A stretch of 34,180 nt of DNA from Octopus bimaculoides (Eukaryota). Shown piece by piece: positions 24,890 to 34,180 of the stretch. Under the pieces are notes generated by a model. That model saw only the letters and a list, made by a program, of their open reading frames with translations. It did no database searches and was not told the origin of the DNA. Position 1 is the first letter of the stretch. Each line of letters starts with the position of its first letter. The position numbers and the translations under genes are program-made. The stretch covers positions 6,579,970 to 6,614,149 of the forward strand of contig NC_068989.1 of the NCBI RefSeq assembly GCF_001194135.2, in the 5' to 3' direction.

Positions 24890-25040
24890 GTAGGTGTGCT
24901 TACGTCCCCACAACGTTAGCAGTTGGTCAAAAGAGACAGAATAAGTACTAGGCTTACAAAGAATGTATCCTGGGGTCGATTTGTTCGACTAAAGGTGGCT
25001 CCAGCATGGGCGCAGTCAAATGACTGAAATAAAAAAATAA
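24890..25040 (+). mobile_element. SINE family A 3' part with (GATA)n downstream; second decayed tail at about 25105-25265
   Basis: ttacgtcccc...aataagtactaggcttacaaagaa...ctggggtcgatttgttcgactaaagg...ctccagcatgg..gcagtcaaatgactgaaa. Confidence 0.8.
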
Positions 25041-25049
25041 ATGGAAAGA

Positions 25050-25084
<35 letters not shown>

Positions 25085-25782
25085 TGGGAGGGATTTCTTT
25101 GAGATAGTGTTTCTGTTGTCCGCTTAACCTAGCAGTTCAGCAGAAGTGAACGATAAAATAAGTACCAGGCTTTTAAAAAGTAAGTAGTGGGGACTAAAAT
25201 TGCTCAAGCTGGTGCACCAACATGGTCGTAATCTAATGACTGGATCAAGTAAAAGATAAAAGAATACTAGAAAAGGAAATGAAAATATATCAGATGTGGT
25301 CCTGCTGTTAAACTATCTCAAGAGAGCAATACGGCAACGAAATTCCTCTAAAAATGTGGAGAAACAATGAAAATTATTTATTCTTGTAGACTGATAAAAT
25401 TAAGTTTAGAATTTAAGATGTTAAAGCCAGCTGGTGGTGGTAATAATTCTTCTTTTGACACTATAGCATTGACATCATTCTCAATGTTTTGCTATTTATT
25501 TTCTTAATTTCCTCATATTGTGCAGTTTATGAGGTCGAAACTATACGTTACTACATGTAGAGCCTGATTATTGGTGGCCTCAAATCAGTTTAATTAAATT
25601 AGTTCTGTCTTTACTATCGTTCTTACTCTGCTGTAAGACTCTTTACAAAGTTTCTCTTTAAAGATAGTGTTATATATCATACCCTACAGTCACTCTTAGG
25701 AAATTGTGTGTGCCTTCCTAATCGAATTATCTGAGTTCGATTGCTTAGCCAGAATATATATCTGATGTTATGGCAAACTCAC

Positions 25783-25842
25783 CTTCCTCGATCGTTACTT
25801 CAGCACAGTTTATTTCATCTGATCTCCATTTTAATGGCATCA
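25783..25842 (-). CDS. 60-nt symmetric microexon (phase 1-1): (V)MPLKWRSDEINCAEVTIEE(A)
   Basis: Consensus donor AAG|gtgagt and TTCAG acceptor (weak pyrimidine tract). The other two frames contain stops. Confidence 0.55.
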
Positions 25843-25916
25843 CTGAAGCCCTTTTCAATGGATAGTTGGCCAGTCTTGTCGAAAGTTCCCTTTTCGTCCA
25901 TCATAACAAAAATTGT

Positions 25917-26245
25917 TGGCACTCCGTCGCTTACGACGTCGAGGGTTCCAGTTGATCCGATCAACGAAACAGCCTGCTCGTGAAATTAACGTGCAAGTGG
26001 CTGAGCACTCCACAGACACGTGTACCCTTAACGTAGTTCTCGGGGATATTCAGCGTGACAGCTTTCTCTCACTCTTTCTTTCTGTTTCTCTTGTACCCGT
26101 ATTTCAAAGGGCCAGCCTTGTCACTCCCTGCGTCACGCTGAATCTCCCCGAAAACTACGTTAAAAGTACACGTTGATTTCACGAGCAGGCTGTTCCGTTG
26201 AGCGGATCGACTGGAACCCTCGTCGTCGTAACCGACGGAGTGCCA
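25917..26245. mobile_element. Two inverted copies of a SINE-like repeat (family C) forming a fold-back
   Basis: 25917-26059 (tggcactccgtcgcttacgacg...ttcagcgtgac) versus the reverse complement of 26132-26245; the right copy lacks the segment between two ACGTG direct repeats. Confidence 0.88.
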
Positions 26246-26297
26246 CGACTTATGCGAGTAGTCAATGTATTGTAATTCATTACTTTTGAGTCCATAC

Positions 26298-26345
26298 CAA
26301 ATAGACGGTTGGGGAATTCAATATAGGGCGATGATTTTAAATGTT
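26298..26345 (-). CDS. 48-nt symmetric microexon (phase 1-1): (E)HLKSSPYIEFPNRLF(V)
   Basis: Poly-T tract plus AAG acceptor (tttttttttctatgaaag|), donor TTG|gtatgg. The peptide resembles the CUB N-terminal SPNYP..YPN motif. Exact acceptor uncertain. Confidence 0.5.
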
Positions 26346-26384
26346 CTTTCATAGAAAAAAAAATCACACTGGCATATGCGATTT

Positions 26385-26510
26385 GAGCGTTTCAGGCTGT
26401 TTCTTTCCCAACCGCATGGTTCCAAGTTCAGCTCCACTACGTGGTACCTCAAGCAAGTGTCTTCTACTATAACTTCGGGCCGTGAGTGGATTTCATAGAC
26501 AGAAACTAAA
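26385..26510 (+). mobile_element. SINE family A head, cut by an assembly gap
   Basis: ccaaccgcatggttccaagttcag...gtggtacctcaagcaagtgtcttctactata...gtgagtggatt..tagacagaaact. Confidence 0.75.
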
Positions 26511-27186
26511 ANNNNNNNNNNCAAAATTTGTTTCAACACACGAATTCACAAAGAATCTTGCAAACCAAATACAAAAACGATATATGTATATGTGTGTATG
26601 TATATGTATATGCGCGCGAGCGTGTGTATAGTCAATTCGAGGATGTTAAGTCCACATTAGGGACTATATAACACAAAAACGTCCACTGGTTAAACATTAT
26701 CATACAATAAAGTCTCTGCGATATTTTAGAGACTCTTGTAGTAATACATATAATTAATATTGAAGGAAAGAAAATGGAGAAAGATGGCCGTATGTATAAT
26801 TTATTTATATGATATAAAGATGTTGAAATTTTGGAAAATAAAAACTATTTTGTACGCATCCTTTCAAGAAATATGTTAACTTTGTACTATAAGCTCATAA
26901 AAACATCAAAGAAGTTCTCCCCGTATAGTTAAAAATAGTACCATTCTTAGCATATATAACCAAATGCTTAGAATTATATATCAACTAGGGGCTAGAACTG
27001 AAGCTTATGTAGGTTTTTTTCGCCTCTCCCATTTCTTATTTTAGTTTTACAACTTGTAATTTATTTGCATTGTTGTTTTCTTAAAAAATTTCAACGTCTT
27101 TATATCATACACATAAACTATTCATACATCCATCTTTCTCGATTTTCTTTCAATATATACATACAAACATACATATGTATGTATCT

Positions 27187-27221
<35 letters not shown>

Positions 27222-27223
27222 AA

Positions 27224-27540
27224 GGCGCATGGTTCAGTGGTTAGAGCGTCGAGCTTACGATCGTGAGGTTGTGAGTTCGAATCCCAGACCGGGCTGCGAG
27301 TTGTGTTCTTGAGCAAGACACTTTATTTCACGTTGATCCAGTTCACTCAGCTGTAGAAATGAGTTGCGACGTCACAGGTACCAAGCTGTATCGGCCCATT
27401 TGCCTTCCCCTTGGATGACATCGGTGGCGTGGAGAGGGGAGGCCGATATGCATGGGCGACTGCTGGTTTTCCATAAATAACCTTGCCCGGACTTGTGCCT
27501 GAGAGGGTAACTTTCTAGGTGCAATCTCATGGTCAGTCAT
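27224..27540 (+). mobile_element. tRNA-derived SINE, family D, with well-preserved Pol III boxes
   Basis: A-box tggttcagtgg and B-box gttcgaatcc, then gtgttcttgagcaagacacttt...cactcagctgta central domain. No complete tRNA acceptor stem. Confidence 0.85.
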
Positions 27541-27547
27541 ATATATA

Positions 27548-28286
27548 TAAAATCTCCATTGGTTCCAACCACGACCTCCAGACGACTTCGGAATCTTCTG
27601 CAACTCTTCTGGATGGTCTCCTTGTTTAAGTTGGCGAATGCTGCCATAATCCTTGCCTTCAGTTCATCTTTGGTGTTACAAGGAGTTTTGGTGGTCTCTC
27701 ATTCACCTGAACCCCAGACATATTAATCAAGGTTGTTTCAGTGTGGGGAGTTTGGGGTCAGATGTTAGGGGATGATGTGGTCACAGAAACTGTTTGACAG
27801 CCATGACTGGGTTCTCCTGCTTGTGTGGCATGGTGCAGAGCCCTGTTGCAAGACAGTCTTCCAGCAGTCACTCTCTTGACCTAGGGCAGCACTACCTCCT
27901 CCAGGCACTTGATGTAGGCCTCCGTGTAGATTATGAAGCCACGTGGAAAGATGAATGGAGGCATAACCTCACCATTACAAATAATCACTCCAAGCACCAC
28001 GATGTTGTCTGGATGTTTGATCTTTATCCCTCTAGGAACATGTCCTCAGATTGACACCCAAACACACTGAAATGTTCATACTGGAGCTTCCGATGCGAAC
28101 ACCAAGCCGTACAGCATGTCGTTTCCAAATATCTGGCAGAGTGAATTGCGTCATGGTGTTGCTTCTCTCACAGACAGTGCCTAACTAATCCTACTATACT
28201 GTGTAGTCGACAAAATCAAATCAATCAATGCACATGCGCGAAACTGACTATATAAAATTGCAACAATTTGCTCATCGCACCCTCTG
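27548..28286 (-). mobile_element. maT/DD37D Tc1-mariner element, internally deleted and 3'-truncated
   Basis: Start MTQFTLPDIWKRHAVRLG...NLRT is fused to KHPDNIVV...VMPPFIFPRG...QQ(G)SAPCHTSRRTQSWL...NSP...LD.YVWG...TNGDFI. Repaired spacing between the last two catalytic positions is 37. Probable 5' terminal sequence at 28260-28286. Confidence 0.85.
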
Positions 28287-28564
28287 TGTGTATGTGTATA
28301 TATATATATATGGGTATGTAAATATCTATATCTATCTATCTATATATATATACGGATATCTATATAAATATATGTATATCTATGTGCATAAATATATGTA
28401 CACACACACATAGACACATGTATGTATATACTCTATGCGAGGAAGAATCATTCCTTGTTCGTATATCGATTCCCAGATTTTTATGATTTGTGTGTTTCGA
28501 TATTCTACAATAATAACTTGTCAGAGCAATCCTAAGAACATGAGAAATGCATGAAATTCTTCAC

Positions 28565-28603
28565 CCCACTCAGACACTCAATGTGCCATGGAGTCTTCTT
28601 GTC
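28565..28603 (-). CDS. Tentative 39-nt phase 1-1 microexon: KKTPWHIECLSG(E)
   Basis: ctgacag| acceptor and weak GGG|gtgaag donor. It would supply the first CUB cysteine in frame but could be a chance match. Confidence 0.25.
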
Positions 28604-29489
28604 TGTCAGATATTAATGCTTATACAATATACATTATCTTTTCTGCACCCATGTTGTTTATTGTGGAGGAGCATTTGTTTTTTTGTTTTCGTTATTCTGG
28701 GCTGTTATTTAAATTTTTTTTCTCTATCTTTTAACCTTAATTTTTCTTACTTTCTTGTTGGACACACACACACCCGCATAAATATATGTGTATGTATATA
28801 TATATATAAACACACACACATACACATATTTATGTATATAGATACATATATGTATACATGTGTATATATACACATACAAATATATTACGTGCCTATTGCC
28901 TGCATTATATAAATATATACACACAATTATATGTAAGTGTATATATATATATATATATATACTTATATATACATCCCTGAGATTTATATTCTATGAGTAT
29001 ACACAACATATATGTTACGTATACCTTACACATACACACAGACACAAATGCATATATAAACACACACACACATTTATTTATGTTTGTATGTACATTCATG
29101 AAATTTATATTCTACGTATATATACAACATATATGTACGTATACCTAACACATACACACTGACACAAACACGTACATAAACACACACACACACATTATAT
29201 TGCTGCACACGATGATGTTCCTCTGATACTTTTAAACAAGTACGTTATCGATATACCATAATATATACGAGATAACAGCGGAGAGGAAAACATTACACAA
29301 CACCACAATGCCAACACCAGTCTATGCTACGCCATACCATAACATGCCATACCATACCACGCCGAACCGTATCCCACCGCCTCATACCGTATCGTATCAT
29401 ATCACATAACACCACTAGTTGTAAACTGCTTGCCGTACCGTACCTTATACCTTACCCTATCGACTTGTTCTTCGAAGCAAACAAAAGCA

Positions 29490-29495
29490 GAAAGC

Positions 29496-29529
<34 letters not shown>

Positions 29530-30110
29530 GGAGTAAAAATGTCGGACATGAAAAATTGTATCTGATAGTGTTATTAGGTCTACTGCTATAGTTCCTATAA
29601 TCCTGATGATAATGATCATTATCATAATGATGGCGAATGTGGTGGTGGTGGTGGTGGTCGTCGTCGTCATCGTCGTCGTCTTCGTGGCTGTGGTCGTGGC
29701 GCTGACGATGACAATGAATAAGATGGTGATGTTGGTAAGGATGATGATGATGGTGACGATAACGATGACACACAACGACAACATCGACAGTAACGAAGAT
29801 GATGATCACCATCATGATGTTGATAACTATGAATGTGGTATCGTTGAGTTTTCTTGATGATGACGACTACGACAAAGATGATGACGACTACGACAAAGAT
29901 GATGACGACTACGACGAAGATGATGACGACTACGACAAAGATGATGACGACTACGACGAAGATGACAACGACGATGACGACGACAAGGATTATAATGACG
30001 ATGATGAACGAGCTGTAGCCGTTCTGTTTGTTTGTATTGACGTTCATGGTGATGACGTCAATGATGGCATTGATAGTGCTAATCTTAATGATGATCATTG
30101 CTGTTTCGAT
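29490..30110. repeat. AAT/GTG/GAT-GAC triplet tract containing a 21-bp minisatellite (5 copies, 29856-29960)
   Basis: Unit gatgatgacgactacgac(a/g)aa repeated five times. Confidence 0.9.
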
Positions 30111-30413
30111 CATATTCCTAAACAATCCTAATTCTTATTACAATCGTGCATGAAGACGGTGTCATGAACCATAATATATCCCCAACAACAAATACTAGAA
30201 AGGAGCAAGTATCGACATCAAAACATTGTCTCCCAGCACTTCCCTCTCTGTCATAGGAACTGCAAAATACACCACTAATTTTGATACTACACATCTTCTG
30301 ATACCAACGTCACCGATAAATTCTTTGATCGTTACTGTCTTCGACTCGTAAGACGCATAGGACAAGCTTTGCTCGGTTTCCTTGCGGTGTAAGTGACTGC
30401 GATTACAATATTA

Positions 30414-30955
30414 CGAGGGTGAGTCAAAAGGTAATGCCATTTTGTTTAGGACAGGCATAATTACCAACACAGGAGCATGTATCATACATCAAAATGAAGT
30501 TGGTCCTCTGTGGACCACATCCTTACTTCTCAACATAGTCACCGTTTCTCTCAATAGCAATGTTCCACCTTCAAATGAAAGCATGTATCCCTGCCTCGTA
30601 AAATTCTGTTGACTGTTCTTTGAACCACTTCTTCACTACTTCCACACTCCCCAGACTTAGCACCTGCAGACTATCGTCTCTTCGGAGTCACGAAAGACGG
30701 TTTGAGAGGCAAACATTATTCCAGTGACGAGGAAGTGAAAACTAGTGAAGGAGTTGTCAACATAATTTTACGGGGCAGGGATACATGCTCTCATTCGAAG
30801 GTGGAACATTGCTATTGAGAGAAACGGTGACTATGTTGAGAAGTAGGGATGTGATCCACAGAGGACCAGCTTCATTTTGATGCATGATACATGTTCCTGT
30901 GTTGGTAATTATACCTGTCTTAAACAAAATGGCATTACTTTTTGACTCACCCTCG
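30414..30955. mobile_element. 542-bp non-autonomous mariner derivative with both arms from the 3' end
   Basis: TA|cgagggtgagtcaaaaggtaatgcc...ggcattactttttgactcaccctcg|TA with about 225-bp inverted arms. Interior encodes SPDLAPADYRLFG..DGLRGKHYSSDEEVK...GIHALIRRWNIAIERNGDYVEK*. Confidence 0.93.
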
Positions 30956-31249
30956 TACCTCCTAAATAAAACACCAGTCTGTTCCAGGGTTACTCATTTT
31001 CAAAAGGGTCACTAATTTTCTTGATATTGTTTTCTATTGCGCCGTTTGTAAATAGTTTTTAAACATCGTGGCATTATTTTTCTGTCGGTACTTATTTGCT
31101 AATCTCCCTGCCATTTGTCACATCATCCTTTGGATTGGATTTTTTGTGACTTCTTGAATTACTCTGAGATTCTTTTGTAGTTCTACACTGTCTGTTACGA
31201 TCCATTGGATTCATAAGACCAGATTTTAACCCGGCTAGCATGGCGTATG

Positions 31250-31460
31250 ATTGTGATTACAAAACTCATTTCCCCATCAATGACACGCCAGTCCTTCGCA
31301 TGGTTGACTTCCCAGCTATTGTTGGATTTCATTTACAGTTGAGTAGGCCGATGTAACGTAAAAGGATGCGTTTTACTTAAGAACACAACGCATCACCCTG
31401 TCCCGGAATCGAAACAGTAATCTTGCGATCGTGAGTAAGCGGTAGGCCACACGCGTTCCC
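31250..31460 (-). mobile_element. Degraded SINE family D copy
   Basis: Reverse complement cttactcacgatcgcaagattactgtttcgattcc...ttgtgttcttaagtaaaac...ctactcaactgtaaatga parallels 27245-27365. Confidence 0.6.
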
Positions 31461-31974
31461 AATGTCCTTGACATTACAGCAATTTCATCCAAAATTAGCA
31501 TTATAGCTTCTGCATCATTATGACCACTAGCAATGTTACACATACAGACTTCATTGCACTTTATAACACAGGAATCGATTCACGAAGGCCCCGAATAACG
31601 TTCTAAGCATCATCAGAACGATAACTATTAAATACTGACCTCTGGCGGCAATAAAGATAACTGAATATTGATTTGAAATAAAGGCACATGGTCTCTAGTT
31701 TGACGAATGGGTTTATTCGATTATATCAACTGCAGTACCCAACTGGTATTTATTTATCGATCTCAAAGAAAGAAAAAAAATCGACATAAGACTATAAATG
31801 TATCCAACGAAAATGCAGCAGGGCATTTTATCGATTAAGCTGTCGATATTATCAATCTACCACTGTCAAGATAATTAAATATTAGAAACGCCAGTTAAGC
31901 TAAATTATAATAAATATATGCGGCAAAAGAAAAATAAGTTTAAGTGATGACTAATGATATTTTACGAGAGATAA

Positions 31975-32015
31975 TTCCAGACATGTTTCGTTTTATTCGG
32001 AGCTCATCAGTGAAA
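31975..32015 (-). ncRNA. Minimal (Penelope-type) hammerhead motif with decayed stem II
   Basis: UUUCA | CUGAUGA | GCUCCGAAUAAAAC | GAA | ACAUGU | C | UGGAA: canonical core, palindromic stem III, GUC site, 5-bp stem I. Confidence 0.6.
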
Positions 32016-32084
32016 ATACAGATACACAAAAACGACTGAAATATTATCAATTAATTCAGAGAATAATTTTTTATTGTTTATCGT

Positions 32085-32445
32085 TTAATTGCTTCAGTCA
32101 TTCGTATGTGGCCATGCTGGAGCACTGCCTTAAAGGGTTTGGTCAAGCAAATCGACTCCAATGCTTATTTTAAAGTCTTGTACGTATTGATTGTATTGGA
32201 CTCTTTTGCCGAAACGCTAAGTTACATGAGTTTCAACAAACCAGCATCGATTGTCAACCGCTGTGAGAGGGGCAAGCACAGTCACAAAGACACACACACA
32301 ATACAACTATGTATATATATACAACGGGTTTTCACATAGTTTCCGTTTACCAAATTCATTCACAAGACATTGGTCGCCACGTAGCTATAGTGGCTGAACC
32401 CAAAGACACATGGTCGCAAAGTGAGCTCCTTAACCACACAGCCGT
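32085..32445 (-). mobile_element. Old full-length SINE family A
   Basis: Collinear with 17225-17757 minus the MITE, with many substitutions. Confidence 0.75.
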
Positions 32446-32515
32446 GAGTGCGTCTAACCCCAAGATTCCAAGTTCGATTCCAGGCAGTGAGCTGAATAAT
32501 AATAATAATAATCAT
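32445..32515 (+). mobile_element. Short tRNA-like head with (AAT)n tail
   Basis: ctaaccccaagattccaagttcgattccaggcagtgagctg then aataataat; B-box-like gttcgattcc. Confidence 0.5.
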
Positions 32516-32530
32516 ACCAATAATGAGCGA

Positions 32531-32717
32531 CACCAAACGGGCAGCGTCAAAACGCCGAGATAGAGAGAGATAGAAAGAGAGAGAAAGAGGGAGATAGAAA
32601 GAGAAAGAGAGAGATAGAAAGAGAGAGATAGAAAGAGAAAGATAGAAAGAGAAAGATAGAAAGAGAAAGATAGAAACAGAGAGATAGAAACAGAGGGGTA
32701 GAAAGAGAGAGATAGAA

Positions 32718-32748
<31 letters not shown>

Positions 32749-32832
32749 AAGAGAAAGAGCGCGTGATTAAAATATCTGATGTCAGATATGTCAATACCGA
32801 ATCAGCAACGCCAAACGGGTAGCGACAAAACG

Positions 32833-32900
<68 letters not shown>
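32531..32900 (+). repeat. Two 30-bp leader + (GA)n units
   Basis: ccaaacggg(c/t)agcg(t/a)caaaacgccgaga at 32531-32560 and 32809-32838, each followed by GA/GAAA runs. Confidence 0.7.
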
Positions 32901-32901
<1 letters not shown>

Positions 32902-33407
32902 CCATGCGTATGTGTGCTTGTGTTATTAAAGGTTCCTTCGGTATTTAAGTGTTTGTAGGTGACTTTTTTCATGCAATCGAGGACAAGATACTGTAAAGGT
33001 TGGAATATCCTGCTGCAGTAAACTGTGCCACTCGTTTCTCCATCTGGTCTCTCATTTTTTTTATAGTAACACTGTCGAGCCTTTTGCAGTAATAAAGTCC
33101 CATTATATCAGGGTCAGTGGATTTTGCTATCAACCCCTTTCCTATCCAACAAAGGCATGCACTAAATCAGGGACCTCTTTGATTATTACTATATTCTGGT
33201 GGACGCCCATAGCCATTCAATGATTAAAAACTAGTTTTATAGGAACTTCTTTCAAAATTACCATTTTTTAATTCACACTTTCACTTGTGTAGGTTGAACC
33301 ATGTAAAATGATAGAAAAAGAAACCCAGCTGTTTCGGATTTAAACATCCCCTGGTTGCTTGGATACTTCAGACTACCCCTGAAAAATTGAAGCAATCCTA
33401 CCATTTA

Positions 33408-33446
<39 letters not shown>

Positions 33447-33449
33447 CTG

Positions 33450-33494
<45 letters not shown>

Positions 33495-33497
<3 letters not shown>

Positions 33498-33670
33498 GAA
33501 AATTTACAAAAACAAAAACAAAAAAACAAACAAAAGACGAAGATAGGTGGTGTAGACAACAAACAGATGTATTAGTATAACGCTCGGGATGTGGAAAAGT
33601 CTTTAACGTTTCGGGCCTACGCTCTTCCTCAGAAAGGAACACAGAAAGAAACAATGAGAGAAATAAGCAA
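33495..33670 (-). mobile_element. Short repeat carrying a minimal hammerhead motif (33601-33636)
   Basis: CUUU | CUGAGGA | A | GAGC guag GCCC | GAA | ACGU | U | AAAG; homologous to 2545-2690. Confidence 0.6.
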
Positions 33671-33679
33671 ATATTTTTC

Positions 33680-33795
33680 AGGGATCCGTCAAATGCTATT
33701 GTAGATCCCCAAATTACTATTTTGTTGCATGGACCCCCCAAAAAATCTTCTATTGATCCTTAGGGGTTAATATGAACTCCAGTTGTGAACCACTG
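33680..33795. mobile_element. Possible hAT-type MITE end
   Basis: Reverse complement begins cagtggttcacaac (like CAGTGGTTCTCAAC hAT MITE termini) with a catggacccc subterminal motif; no partner TIR found. Confidence 0.4.
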
Positions 33796-34121
33796 GGCTG
33801 AAACAGTAACACCAACCACATTTATCTATTGCACTCTTTCTGACTAAGTGCATAAATCTTATATTTCAGAGAATGGTAAGATTAGATTGTGATGTTCTTG
33901 CCTTCTTCTGAAAGGAAAATATCATTATAAGGAAAGGGAAATATTTTCAACCGGAGATTGGAAAAGCATCCACCTCTGGGCTTTTCTGAACATTTACCAC
34001 TTATTTAATGGTGCTCGAAGCAAATGAATGTCTTTAAAATACAACAGATATATATATTTTTGATAAGTGCTAACGCATGAAACTCCTGGCCCTTAAGCTA
34101 CTCTGCTGCTTCGGCTGGATA

Positions 34122-34158
<37 letters not shown>

Positions 34159-34180
34159 CACACACATATATATATATATA

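Noticed and set aside
27224-27295. Possible tRNA gene
   Set aside because: A and B boxes are present but there is no closing acceptor stem, and the sequence continues into a SINE body with a second copy at 31250-31460.
29799-30131. Acidic ORF with DYDKDDD repeats (FLAG-like)
   Set aside because: A 21-bp minisatellite within a GAT/GAC tract; the resemblance to a tag or biomineral protein is coincidental without transcript evidence.
30310-30380. Additional candidate upstream exons (also about 33995-34030 and 33880-33920)
   Set aside because: Splice sites are weak or the frames close before a donor; cannot be distinguished from chance.
33325-33372. Hammerhead-like remnants (also 24565-24632 and 28490-28530)
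   Set aside because: Each keeps GAAAC and a hairpin, but the CUGANGA core, stem III or stem I is broken.
1-34180. CRISPR arrays, operons, rRNA genes
   Set aside because: No regularly spaced repeat-spacer structure or rRNA-like sequence; the window is eukaryotic repeat-rich DNA.

Overview
AT-rich eukaryotic DNA crowded with microsatellites and transposon relics, with four assembly gaps (9363-10068, 13311-13328, 21135-22029, 26511-26521). The repeat families look like those of Octopus or another coleoid cephalopod; this is recognition, not a database result. Most ORFs in the supplied track are microsatellite or N-gap artefacts. Recognisable mobile DNA: an RTE-clade LINE reverse-transcriptase fragment, Tc1 (DD34E), mariner and maT (DD37D) relics, a palindromic 3'-3' mariner derivative, a 119-bp TA-flanked MITE nested in a SINE, and many tRNA-derived SINE copies from about four families. 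Two signals are not in the ORF track. (1) A probable minus-strand spliced gene made of very small phase-compatible exons (26298-26345, 25783-25842, 19734-19816, 7870-8154, possibly 28565-28603) encoding a divergent CUB-like domain. (2) Several hammerhead-ribozyme-like motifs of Penelope/retrozyme type; the best (20345-20407) lies sense-oriented in an intron of that gene. Several long fold-back elements are also present, including an inverted repeat pair filling most of a 455-nt intron between two microexons.
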